A stretch of 64,000 nt of DNA, taken from assembly GCA_963762115.1 (NCBI GenBank), contig CAVXJH010000003.1, forward strand, positions 384,001-448,000, read 5' to 3'. The position numbers and the translations under genes were made by a program. Shown here piece by piece: positions 38,775 to 51,372 of this stretch. Source of the stretch: Candidatus Babeliales bacterium. GTDB lineage: Bacteria; Babelota; Babeliae; Babelales; JANWKD01. Below the pieces are notes generated by a model. The model saw only the letters and a program-made list of their open reading frames with translations, searched no databases and was not told where the DNA came from. The stretch's first letter is position 1. Each line of letters begins with the position of its first letter.

Positions 38775-40236
38775 CTACTCTTTACCCACATTTTTACTAT
38801 AATTAACGAGATACAGAGTTAATATATCAAAAAAAGAAAAGTAAAAAATGATTAAAGAATTGTGGGCAGCAAATGAGACTAATCGTATGTCATTAAAAGA
38901 TAAACGCAGAAATGAAAGAGTTAGAATACTTCTAGAGGCCGTTGCCGATAGCCCATCAGCAAGCATTTTACAAGCTTGCAACGGAGAAAATGCACAAGCA
39001 AAAGGTGCTTATCGTTTTCTTGCCACAACAGAAATTGATGAACAAGATATTCTCGAAGGACATTATCAAGCAACCGTCGAAAGAGCTGAAAATGCTGATG
39101 GAAAAGTCATTATTGTTAGCGATGGCATGGATGCATCTTTTAAAAATCTTAAAAAAACTTCAGGGTTAGGAACTCTATCTAATACAAAAAGTTCACTTGG
39201 AATAAAAGTTCAAAATACGTATGTATTTAGTGAAAATTTTATTCCATTAGGGCTAATAAATCAAAAGTATTGGATACGCAATAAAGAAGATTTTGGCAAA
39301 AAAAAACATAAGCTAAGGTTGCCTACAAAGGAAAAAGAATCTTATAATTGGATTGAATCAATTTATCAAATAGAAAAAAAGCTTCCTATAAATAAAAGCT
39401 ATTTATTTATAGGTGATGGTGGTGCCGATATTTATGATTTATTAACAGCAGAAAGGCGTGTAAATAGCGATTTACTCATTCATCTTGTGCAAAATAGAAA
39501 TATACAGAACGAAGAAGAGCGTCTCTTTGAATTGCTGGAAAAACAATCAGTATTAGGCGTTATAACGAAAGAATTAGAACGTACAAAAACTCATTCTAAG
39601 AGAACTGCAAAGTTAGCGATTAGAGTCAAAGAAGTCGAAATTTGTTCTCCTTTAAATCGAAAAAATGAAAAATTACCAACCATACATTTAACAGCGATTT
39701 ATGTGCAAGAAATAGAATATGACAACTCAGTAAATGATCCAATAGTATGGCGACTTATTACTACGATTAAAGTTCAATCATTGGAAGAAGCTGAAAAGCT
39801 TATTGCCCTTTACTCAAAACGTTGGCTCATTGAACGCTATCATTATATTTTAAAAGAAGGTTGTCGCATAGAAAAATTTCAAATGGAATCGGTTGATAAC
39901 CTAAAAAGAACCTTGGCTGTTTACTCAATTGCTGCCTGGCGTTTAATTTATATCACTTATCTTGCAAGAATTAAACCTGATGCCCCATGTAATTTAATTC
40001 TTACAACCGATGAAGCTGATGCGTTATATTGCACGCATCATAAAACTCTTACATTGCCCCCCAAATCTTTTTCTGTTAAAGAAGCAACTCAAATGATAGC
40101 AAAATTAGGAGGTTTTCTTGGCAGGAAAAACGATAAAGATCCTGGTGCAAAAGTTTTGTGGCAGGGATTATTTCGGCTAGAAGCCATTACACAAGCTTAT
40201 CTTTTATTTAAAGAACTAAATGTGGGTAAAGAGTAG
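38775..40236 (+). mobile_element. Insertion sequence, IS4 family (IS50/Tn5 group), apparently intact
   Basis: Perfect 19-bp TIRs ctactctttacccacattt (38775-38793) / aaatgtgggtaaagagtag (40218-40236); 10-bp direct repeat catatacgcg at 38765-38774 and 40237-40246. Confidence 0.95.
38848..40236 (+). CDS. IS4-family (Tn5-like) DDE transposase
   Basis: DKRR..R N-terminus, AYRF, IGDGGADIYD, YSKRWLIERYHYILK (Y-R-E-K signature), IAKLGGFLGRK.D.DPG...LWQG; the stop codon is the last triplet of the right TIR. Confidence 0.95.
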   Translation: MIKELWAANETNRMSLKDKRRNERVRILLEAVADSPSASILQACNGENAQAKGAYRFLATTEIDEQDILEGHYQATVERAENADGKVIIVSDGMDASFKNLKKTSGLGTLSNTKSSLGIKVQNTYVFSENFIPLGLINQKYWIRNKEDFGKKKHKLRLPTKEKESYNWIESIYQIEKKLPINKSYLFIGDGGADIYDLLTAERRVNSDLLIHLVQNRNIQNEEERLFELLEKQSVLGVITKELERTKTHSKRTAKLAIRVKEVEICSPLNRKNEKLPTIHLTAIYVQEIEYDNSVNDPIVWRLITTIKVQSLEEAEKLIALYSKRWLIERYHYILKEGCRIEKFQMESVDNLKRTLAVYSIAAWRLIYITYLARIKPDAPCNLILTTDEADALYCTHHKTLTLPPKSFSVKEATQMIAKLGGFLGRKNDKDPGAKVLWQGLFRLEAITQAYLLFKELNVGKE

Positions 40237-40590
40237 CATATACGCGCGGGAAAAATGATCCAACGGAACGTTGGTGCACTTGTATCCAATGTATTGTGCA
40301 AGCAATACATTGGTGCTGCCCGCATAGGGCCGATAGATAATAAAGATTTTGATTTTTAATTCTAAGGAACTAATTTTATTATCTGGATCCCCACGCTACG
40401 CTCGGGAAGACAATTCTGCACATTAAGCTCTCATTAAATTAATAAAATTCGATGGAAAGCCGCAAAAATACAAAAAATATTTTTCACAATTTCATTTCAT
40501 AGTAATACCTTGTAAAAAAATAGAAAAATAATCTAAATTCTTTTATACTAAGCGTAATTGAATTTATAGTTTTTATACCAACTTCGTTAA

Positions 40591-43607
<3,017 letters not shown>

Positions 43608-43663
43608 ATTCCCCCTTTAAACCAGTAAATAAATGCCATTAATCAAAAATATACATAATACAA

Positions 43664-43691
43664 TTGACTTTTATCAATAATATTTTATAAT
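43664..43691 (+). promoter_or_regulatory. Sigma70-type promoter for the four-gene paralog array
   Basis: TTGACT-16 nt-TATAAT. Confidence 0.5.
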
Positions 43692-43740
43692 TGAATATAA
43701 TTACAATGATTTATCTTATTTTAATAAAAGGGACAAAGAT

Positions 43741-44700
43741 ATGAAATCACTATTTCTTAAAGGTTTAAACCTGTTATTTGCAGTTGCACTCTTTGCAACA
43801 ATAAATACATATGCAATGGAACAACAAGAAGAAGTTGCAGAGCCTATTTCTGCTCAAGCGCAAACTGATAATGTTATTGAACGTATGTATAATGCTTTTA
43901 GCAAACAACTTGATGAAAGATTTCCAGAAGCACCTACAAATTTTTATGAAGCAATTGTACGCCTTCAAAGCATTGCAAAATTACTTGAAAAATCTGAGAT
44001 TGAACTCTGTGAAAATTTCAACGCTACACAAGAAAGTTGTATAATAAATGGCATTGAACAACCATATCATATGCTTCATCCAATTTTTAAACATTGGTTT
44101 CAAAGCGCTTGCAACAAAACTCTTCTTGAACATACAAAATCTATTGAAGCAATTGATCTAATATTTGATTTATTAAGTAAAATAACAACAGAGAACAATA
44201 TCGAAAATTACAAAAAAGCAATTGAATCTTTGCCCCATGTTATTGCTGAATATATCAAAGAAGAATTTATTGAAATGCATGGCTGGAAATATAAAAATAA
44301 AGGCTGGCTGACTGACTTTAAACCTCAAATGACTTTTGATGATAATGAAAACATGATAAATGTCGAATTTATTAAAGATAATTATCATGTTCGTGGATAT
44401 TATTTGAAAGCAATCGATCAACCAATAATCGTTGTAATTAATTTAAATAATGGAACATATCCCTATATGGCGTTTAACGCTCATGCAACATTACCACCAA
44501 TGCTTTCAGACCTTTTGAACAATTTTTTTCATATTCCATTACCAGAAAGCGGTGTTTACCCTCCACTTTGGGAAAAACCAACATTTGAACAATCATTAAA
44601 AAATTGTATCCAAGAAAACGCTAAAACATTAATAGGAAAAATAAAAAGACAAATCCAATCAACATTTTATTCTTTTAGCGAATTTATGGATCGATTTTAA
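43741..44700 (+). CDS. Secreted orphan protein, array member 1
   Basis: Signal ending TYA-MEQ; domain PTNFYEAIVRLQSIAKL...YHMLHPIFK shared with members 2 and 3. Confidence 0.8.
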   Translation: MKSLFLKGLNLLFAVALFATINTYAMEQQEEVAEPISAQAQTDNVIERMYNAFSKQLDERFPEAPTNFYEAIVRLQSIAKLLEKSEIELCENFNATQESCIINGIEQPYHMLHPIFKHWFQSACNKTLLEHTKSIEAIDLIFDLLSKITTENNIENYKKAIESLPHVIAEYIKEEFIEMHGWKYKNKGWLTDFKPQMTFDDNENMINVEFIKDNYHVRGYYLKAIDQPIIVVINLNNGTYPYMAFNAHATLPPMLSDLLNNFFHIPLPESGVYPPLWEKPTFEQSLKNCIQENAKTLIGKIKRQIQSTFYSFSEFMDRF

Positions 44701-44755
44701 TGAAACATAATAAAAAAACTCTTATTTTTTAATTAGAACGTAGAGGAATATGTAT

Positions 44756-45712
44756 ATGAAATCACTATTTTTTAAAAGGTTAACACCTTTATTACTCACC
44801 GTTACACTCTTTGCAGCAATAAATATACAAGCAATGGAACAAGAAGAAGGACAAGAACCTTTTTCTGCTCAAGAACAAAGCGCCAATGCCGATAATGTTG
44901 TTGAACGTATATATAATGCTTTTAGCAAACAACTTGACGAAAGATTCACAGAATCACCTACAAATTTTCGCGAAGCAATTGCACAACTCAGATGTATTGC
45001 ACGATTACTTGAAGAATCTGAAGTTGAACTTCTTGAAGATTTCAACGTTACACAAGAAAACTGCACAATACATGGTATTAAACAACCATATCATATGCTT
45101 CATCCAATTTTTAAACATTGGTTCAAAAATGCTTACGAAAAAATCCTTCTTGAACATCCAAAAGTTATTGAAGCTGCTGATGTAATTCTTGAAAGATTAA
45201 GTGAAAATGTTTCTCATGAAAATATGAATAATTATGATAAAGCAATTACAAATCTGCCAAAAATTGTTACTGAATGCATCCAAGATCAATTCATTGATAT
45301 ACATGGTTGGCCACACAATATAAAACCCTCAATCACATTCAATGATTCGGGAGTAAAGCACATTTCATTTCTTCAAGATAATTATGTTTTTGAAGGATTT
45401 GGAACTGGTTGGATACATAAAACACGGTCACAACAAAGTCATTTAGAAAATATCAATAATAATCCTTCAGCATGGCTTAGCCGCAGCTCTACATTGGTTG
45501 ATGGAAAATTAGCAACAGGAATTGCATACGAATTAGGATTAGCTGAAGAAATAAACGGAGATATTAAACCATTAAAAGCCTCTAATGATAAAGAAGAACC
45601 AAGTGGTGTATTACCACCTCTTTGGGAAAAACCAACATTTAAAGAAGCTCTTAAAAAACGAGCTGAAGAAAATAAATTAAAGAAAAATAGAAATAGATGT
45701 ATTATAAGTTAA
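44756..45712 (+). CDS. Secreted orphan protein, array member 2, C-terminal CaaX box
   Basis: Signal ending IQA-MEQ; paralog of member 1; ends KKNRNRCIIS-stop. Confidence 0.8.
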   Translation: MKSLFFKRLTPLLLTVTLFAAINIQAMEQEEGQEPFSAQEQSANADNVVERIYNAFSKQLDERFTESPTNFREAIAQLRCIARLLEESEVELLEDFNVTQENCTIHGIKQPYHMLHPIFKHWFKNAYEKILLEHPKVIEAADVILERLSENVSHENMNNYDKAITNLPKIVTECIQDQFIDIHGWPHNIKPSITFNDSGVKHISFLQDNYVFEGFGTGWIHKTRSQQSHLENINNNPSAWLSRSSTLVDGKLATGIAYELGLAEEINGDIKPLKASNDKEEPSGVLPPLWEKPTFKEALKKRAEENKLKKNRNRCIIS

Positions 45713-45755
45713 AATCCATCTAGCATTTTTTAATCATATAGAAGGGACAATTTTT

Positions 45756-47624
45756 ATGAAATTATATATTAAACAGGGCAAAAAGGCCTTATTACTTTCT
45801 CTCGTATTATTTACCGGAATCACACTCAATGCAATGGAACAACAAGATAAGCCTGAATATAGTTCTTTCGTTGATAATCTAGAGATAGTACTAAAAAGAA
45901 ATAACAAACAACTCTGCGCAAAGCTTCTTCATCATTTCAATGAAGAAATTGAACAAAAAGAAGTAATTGAACAAGTTTCTATAGTTGCAAATTTAATACC
46001 ATATGCTGCACAAAAAAGTAATCAAGTAACCTCTGTACTTTGCAATGCACTGGTAAAAATTGTCCAGGCTAACGACTCATTAGCCTCAATAATTAAAGAA
46101 AAGATAAATCCTGTTATTCACACTTTAGTAGCACACCAAAGAAAAAAGGCTTTAAAAAAACTTCTTTGTATATTTGCTGATAACACTGAATCGGAAGAAT
46201 ATACAAGGATTAATCAAATTATACAAAGTAAGTTACAAAAAGGATTAACCGTATTTAATCCAGAAGAAAATTCTACCACAAAAGAAGCACTAAAATATAT
46301 TTATTCTACTATTGATTTGATACAAGAATCGATATCAAACCCACAACGCACAGTAATATTCTGCAATATGTTGCTAGGTCATTTTATTAGCCAAGAAAAA
46401 AATTTCAGAACAGACATGCAAAAAATTATTTCTCCAATCATTCATCCTCTAATTCAAGCTAATAACATTGAAGCATTAAAACAAATTCGATATATTTTCT
46501 CTGATTTTAAAGATAAAGATACACAAGAATACAAAATCATACATAAAGCAATTAAAAAATATAATTCAGTAATAAAATCCAAGCAAAATGAACAGCTTGC
46601 AAAATTATCAGAAAAAAGTCCTCATGAAAAAGTTGCAACTGAAGATAACGATCAAGAATTAAACTTTGCTCGCACTGTTAGTACAAGGGAAACTACCAAT
46701 CCAAGTGCGACTACTTTTGAAAATCCAATTGATTTTATGAGATTACAAAAGGAATCTGCTGAACTTACTGGTGTTCCGCTCTCAGATGAAGAAGCTGATG
46801 CATTTTTGATTAGAATTTTAGAAGAACACATCGACAATCACCCTTCTTGCAAGAAAATACCAAAAACATTTTATGAAGCTTTAGTGCGTCTTCAATGCAT
46901 TGCTCGTTTGTTTGATAAAACTCGCTTTTATATAGGTGATATGGAAATTACAGAGAATGATTGTGTGATTAATAACTTAGTTCTTCCTCATCATATGACA
47001 AATAAAAGATTTAAACAGTGTTTTGATATTGTCAAAAATCGAACCGTACTTCTTTCCCATGAAAAATCTGTTGAAGCAATAAATATCATTCTTGAAAGCA
47101 TCAGTAAAAAAGTAAAACCAGAAACGGCAGCCGAATATATAAAAGCAATTAATTGTTTACCCTCTTTTTTTTCTCATAACATTAAAAAGCAATTTAATAG
47201 AATGATGTATCAAGAATTATATAATATTCCTTTGATAACAACGGGTTTAAATTTTATTGGTTCGTTTGTTAATTATGACATAGTAAAAACCAAAATTAAA
47301 CCTTATGAAGTTATCTTCGATGAAGAAGACAGGATAACATCATTCAAATTTAAAAAATCTGGAATTAACGTTGAAATATCTAACATACATTGGATAGGAC
47401 AGGATCCTTGGGGTAAAGCAGTTATGGGAAGTGAAACATGTTATGGTACTGATCTAAACAATTTACACACTCTTCTAAATAGAAAATTTGAGGGACGAGC
47501 AACATATTTTGATGAAAACGACTTTATTTGGCGACTAAATTTTGAAGAAATGTTACAAAAACGTGCTCATGAAAATGAAAACAAGACACAAGAAAAGCAA
47601 CAATCAAAATGCATTATAAGTTAG
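45756..47624 (+). CDS. Secreted chimeric protein, array member 3, C-terminal CaaX box
   Basis: N-terminal domain like member 4 (present twice), C-terminal domain like members 1/2; ends QQSKCIIS-stop. Confidence 0.8.
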   Translation: MKLYIKQGKKALLLSLVLFTGITLNAMEQQDKPEYSSFVDNLEIVLKRNNKQLCAKLLHHFNEEIEQKEVIEQVSIVANLIPYAAQKSNQVTSVLCNALVKIVQANDSLASIIKEKINPVIHTLVAHQRKKALKKLLCIFADNTESEEYTRINQIIQSKLQKGLTVFNPEENSTTKEALKYIYSTIDLIQESISNPQRTVIFCNMLLGHFISQEKNFRTDMQKIISPIIHPLIQANNIEALKQIRYIFSDFKDKDTQEYKIIHKAIKKYNSVIKSKQNEQLAKLSEKSPHEKVATEDNDQELNFARTVSTRETTNPSATTFENPIDFMRLQKESAELTGVPLSDEEADAFLIRILEEHIDNHPSCKKIPKTFYEALVRLQCIARLFDKTRFYIGDMEITENDCVINNLVLPHHMTNKRFKQCFDIVKNRTVLLSHEKSVEAINIILESISKKVKPETAAEYIKAINCLPSFFSHNIKKQFNRMMYQELYNIPLITTGLNFIGSFVNYDIVKTKIKPYEVIFDEEDRITSFKFKKSGINVEISNIHWIGQDPWGKAVMGSETCYGTDLNNLHTLLNRKFEGRATYFDENDFIWRLNFEEMLQKRAHENENKTQEKQQSKCIIS

Positions 47625-47662
47625 AATATATATTTTTTAAACCATATAGAAGGGACAATTCT

Positions 47663-48499
47663 ATGAAATTATTTATAAAACAAGGTAAAAACACCTTATT
47701 ACTTTCTCTCGTATTATTTACCGGAATCACGCTTCAGGCAATGGAACAACAAGGGAGCGAATACGGCTATTTAGTTGATACTCTTGATGCAGCAATGAAA
47801 TCATCAAATCCCACTGCTTGCAAAGATCTTTTCGAAAGCTTTAGTAATGATCTTAACCAAAAAGATCCAATCGAACGAGCTGCTATTGTTGTTGGCTTAA
47901 CACAAGAAGCAGCAGCGAAAAAAAATGAACAATTAACAGGGGTATTTTGCAATGCACTCGTTAGTATTTATAACACTAGCCCCGGAATAACAGAAGCAAT
48001 GCAAGAAATAATAAGCCCTGTCATTCGTCCTTTGGCAGAGCACAAACAAATATCAGCATTGGGAAAAATTCACTGTATTTTTTCTAACAATATTGAAAGC
48101 GAAGAATATAGACAAATTGATGAAGCAATTAAAAATAAATTGCACGGTAATACAACAGTAAATACTGATGAAGATGAAGCAATTGCAAGATTATTACAAG
48201 AAGAAGTTCAAAGTCCTGATGACAATTTTGCACCTAAAGATAACGATCTCAACAGGGCACTAGCATTAAGTTTACAAACAGGCAGACAAGATGACGAACA
48301 AGCAGAATTAGAAAAAGCACTGCGTGCAAGCAGATTTACCAACCCTAGCGCACCCGTACTAACAGACATCGAAGAAGATGATGCAGTATTACGTATTGCA
48401 CTCGCAGAAAGCTTACAAGTAAACACACCAAATACCAACTCAAATCCAAGCATCTGGAACAATCTCCGCAACATATTTTTAGACGGCTTTGGTAGTTAA
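47663..48499 (+). CDS. Secreted protein with tandem ubiquitin-binding motifs, array member 4
   Basis: Start MKLFIKQ at 47663; DEDEAIARLLQEE, DNDLNRALALSLQ, QAELEKALRASR, EEDDAVLRIALAESLQ. Confidence 0.8.
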   Translation: MKLFIKQGKNTLLLSLVLFTGITLQAMEQQGSEYGYLVDTLDAAMKSSNPTACKDLFESFSNDLNQKDPIERAAIVVGLTQEAAAKKNEQLTGVFCNALVSIYNTSPGITEAMQEIISPVIRPLAEHKQISALGKIHCIFSNNIESEEYRQIDEAIKNKLHGNTTVNTDEDEAIARLLQEEVQSPDDNFAPKDNDLNRALALSLQTGRQDDEQAELEKALRASRFTNPSAPVLTDIEEDDAVLRIALAESLQVNTPNTNSNPSIWNNLRNIFLDGFGS

Positions 48500-48509
48500 T
48501 ACTATTTCA

Positions 48510-48545
48510 ATGAACTGGTCATGCACCAATGTATGACCAGTTCAT
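48510..48545 (+). terminator. Strong hairpin after the paralog array
   Basis: atgaactggtcat...atgaccagttcat inverted repeat; no clear U-tail. Confidence 0.5.
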
Positions 48546-48591
48546 GAACAAGAATCGTACAATACCAAAAAATATGATAGGCTAACCCATT

Positions 48592-49599
48592 ATGTTACGA
48601 CAAGAAATTAATACCTATATTGAGAAACATTCATTAATGCCCCCAGGTAGCCGCATTATTGTCGGCTTATCAGGTGGCCCTGATTCTGTTTTTTTGTTGC
48701 ACCTTCTCTATGGTTTACAAAAAACGTTGAATCTTACTATCATAGCAGCACATCTTGACCATCAATGGCGCATAGATTCTGCTTATGATGTATTTTTTTG
48801 CCAAAATTTAGCTCAATCATTGGGCATTCAATTTATCAGCGCAAAAGCATCCGAATTACAAACATCAATAAAATTTAATGGCTCACAAGAAGAAGTGGGT
48901 AGAAAATTACGTCGTCATTTTTTAGAACAGGTGCGCAGTGAACATAATGCCCATTTCATTGCACTTGGTCATCATGCACAAGATCAACAAGAAACATTCT
49001 TTTTACGCCTTGTGCGGGGAACAACTTTATCAGGACTCGTAAGTATGCGCCCTAAAAGTGGCTTTTATATCCGTCCCTTGCTAGTTACTAATAAAACTGA
49101 AATTATTACTTATTTAAAACAAAAGAACATTGCCTTTCTTCATGATTCAACAAATGACTCAGATTTATACTTACGCAATCGAATACGATCGAAAGTTTTA
49201 CCGGCACTTGAAATGTGCGACGCACGATTTAATGGCAATTTCGAACGAACGATGAAATCACTCCATGAAATGGAAGACTTTTTAATCAGACTCACTACAC
49301 AAACTTTCAACACCATAACAAAATTTGATGGTGCAAGTTATCACCTTGATATTTCTGCGTTTTTTGCTCTTGATCCAGTATTACAAAATCGCCTTCTCAT
49401 GCAATGGCTTATTGCTGAACAAGTACCTTATACGCCATCAGAAACATTTTTACATGAGATTAGACGTTTTTTAAGTAATAAAAAACATAAAGAACATTCT
49501 ATGCATCATCTCTGGTCTTTATATAAAGATTCAGGAGTGGCAACTATCATCAAGCATCAACCATATCATCTTGAAACGAATGAATTATCTTTACAATAA
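48592..49599 (+). CDS. tilS: tRNA(Ile)-lysidine synthetase
   Basis: GLSGGPDS PP-loop, HLDH, LGHH..DQ.ETF..RL.RG, IRPLL, DSTN....YLRNRIR. Confidence 0.95.
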   Translation: MLRQEINTYIEKHSLMPPGSRIIVGLSGGPDSVFLLHLLYGLQKTLNLTIIAAHLDHQWRIDSAYDVFFCQNLAQSLGIQFISAKASELQTSIKFNGSQEEVGRKLRRHFLEQVRSEHNAHFIALGHHAQDQQETFFLRLVRGTTLSGLVSMRPKSGFYIRPLLVTNKTEIITYLKQKNIAFLHDSTNDSDLYLRNRIRSKVLPALEMCDARFNGNFERTMKSLHEMEDFLIRLTTQTFNTITKFDGASYHLDISAFFALDPVLQNRLLMQWLIAEQVPYTPSETFLHEIRRFLSNKKHKEHSMHHLWSLYKDSGVATIIKHQPYHLETNELSLQ

Positions 49600-50147
49600 A
49601 ATCGCCACGCCCGATCTTGTTCTTTTCCAATGCCTATGCGTTTATCCTCAATAATATTTTTTTGCGCTATTTCAATACCTTCAGTAATATACAAAGGTCC
49701 TTTTTTAGTAACATCAATACCATATAATTTTTTAGTAATATGCAAGGCTTGTGTTAATTTGCCTGGACCACTGGTAAGTTGATTGAGCTTTGTCGTTTTT
49801 CTATATTTCTCCATACTATCAATACCGGCAATTGGCTCCAAAGCTCGTATCAAAACTCCACCAGCGAGAACTGATTGTTTTTTTGCAACAACATTAAAGC
49901 AATAATAAAGGCCATAAATAAAATAAATATAAGCATGCCCTACAGGACCAAAAAGTGCTTCATTTGATTTTGTTTTCCCTCGAAATGCATGGCATGCAGC
50001 TTCGGTGCATTCATATGCTTCTGTTTCAACAATCATACCAGTACAATATTTTTCATCATCCTGACGAACAACGATCTTACCTAATAAATCACGCGCAACG
50101 GTAACGGTATCACGTTTATAAAATGCTCTCGGCAATACTTTTTTCAT
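49566..50147 (-). CDS. mpg: 3-methyladenine DNA glycosylase (AAG/MPG family)
   Basis: VARDLLGK, IVETEAY, ACH, YIYFIYG, VLIRALEP, SGPGKL, RIGI. Confidence 0.93.
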   Translation of the reverse strand: MKKVLPRAFYKRDTVTVARDLLGKIVVRQDDEKYCTGMIVETEAYECTEAACHAFRGKTKSNEALFGPVGHAYIYFIYGLYYCFNVVAKKQSVLAGGVLIRALEPIAGIDSMEKYRKTTKLNQLTSGPGKLTQALHITKKLYGIDVTKKGPLYITEGIEIAQKNIIEDKRIGIGKEQDRAWRFYCKDNSFVSR

Positions 50148-50251
50148 AAAATTTCTTCCCTTGTAATAAATAACTTCTTTATTTACTCCTTTTGCAATTC
50201 TAGAGTATCTTGTAAAAAAGGCAGCAAAAAAAACGGCGTGAGGAAAAAGTA

Positions 50252-51292
50252 ATGAAGAATAAAAAACCTTATGAAAAAAACTTTCGCTGGCTCTTATTGC
50301 TTGCGATCCTCATCAATCTCCTTTTTCTCCTCTTTCTCTTTTTTATGAACTTTGATACTAACGATTTCTTTTTTAGTAAAAAAGATCCTGACCTCGTTGA
50401 ACATGATGCCCCTGTTGTTTTTGATTCTATGCCCGAAGAACCACAACCAGAACCGCCACAATCTCAAGAAATTGCTGCTCTAAAGCCACGTGCCTCACAA
50501 TTTGGCGCAACTGAAATGGTGCAAGAAGAACCTGAATTTAGCCCTGGCGTTTATGATCAAATAATCCCAGAATTTGTAGGTAAAGATCAACAAGATAATG
50601 AACAGGCAGAAGAACAAGAAGAAACAGTCGAAACTGAAAAAAACATTGAGCAAAAAGAAATCAAAGAAGAAAAAGAATCAGTTAAAAGTGAACACGATGA
50701 TGTGCAAGAAGTGCTTTTTAAACCAGAAATAAAACCTATTGAAGCCAAAGAATTAAAAAAAGCGCCACCAAAAATGCAAGGACAACAACAAAAAGCAAGT
50801 CAACGCACCAACACTGGCAATCAAGCAAAAATTGCATCGCCTATTGAAAAAAAATTAACGTTTAATGATTTAGCATCAGGATTTTTGGCCTCATGGCAAA
50901 ATGACGGCAATGATTGGCTTGAACGGGAGGGAAATGAAAATATTCGACCTGATTTTGAAGAAATGCGTTATCTCAGTTATCTGCAAAAAATTGCCTGGTA
51001 TATGCAAAATGCATGGCAACGGCAAGATCGTGTAATCTTACAAAAAGGACCTTCAGAAATTGTGGTAACCGGAGTTCGCGTTATCATTGATAAAAATGGT
51101 AATCTCAAAAATGCGCTCATGATGAAAACATGTGGCTTTCATGAACTTGATGATATGGTTATGAACGGGATTAGAGAAGCAAGCCCCTATCCTCCCCTAC
51201 CAGAACACTTCAAAAAAGAGGTTATGTCTTTTGATTTCGGCGTTAAACATTGGGCCTCAAACAGTCCCTTAAACTTTAATTTTAGGCGCTAA
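50252..51292 (+). CDS. TonB/TolA-like single-TM protein with C-terminal TonB_C-type domain
   Basis: N-terminal TM, E/Q/K-rich linker, Y..KI...MQNAW, IDKNG, G...LD......IREASPYPPLP. Confidence 0.75.
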   Translation: MKNKKPYEKNFRWLLLLAILINLLFLLFLFFMNFDTNDFFFSKKDPDLVEHDAPVVFDSMPEEPQPEPPQSQEIAALKPRASQFGATEMVQEEPEFSPGVYDQIIPEFVGKDQQDNEQAEEQEETVETEKNIEQKEIKEEKESVKSEHDDVQEVLFKPEIKPIEAKELKKAPPKMQGQQQKASQRTNTGNQAKIASPIEKKLTFNDLASGFLASWQNDGNDWLEREGNENIRPDFEEMRYLSYLQKIAWYMQNAWQRQDRVILQKGPSEIVVTGVRVIIDKNGNLKNALMMKTCGFHELDDMVMNGIREASPYPPLPEHFKKEVMSFDFGVKHWASNSPLNFNFRR

Positions 51293-51372
51293 ACGACAAA
51301 CTAGACTTTTTAATGCTTTCGTTTTATAACTAGAGCCAAATCTCATATAGATGAAGCATTAGAGAGGAGTCA

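Larger units (their letters stand above)
38365..40346. repeat. Inverted pair of structured multi-hairpin repeats, right copy interrupted by an IS
   Basis: tcggccctatgcgggcagcac (38378-38398) and its exact reverse complement (40313-40333), extending to about 70 bp of imperfect inverted repeat with internal hairpins. Confidence 0.8.

Noticed and set aside
38775..38981. Minus-strand ORF ending NVGKE like the transposase
   Set aside because: The shared ending is simply the translation of the terminal inverted repeat; the ORF is antisense to the transposase.
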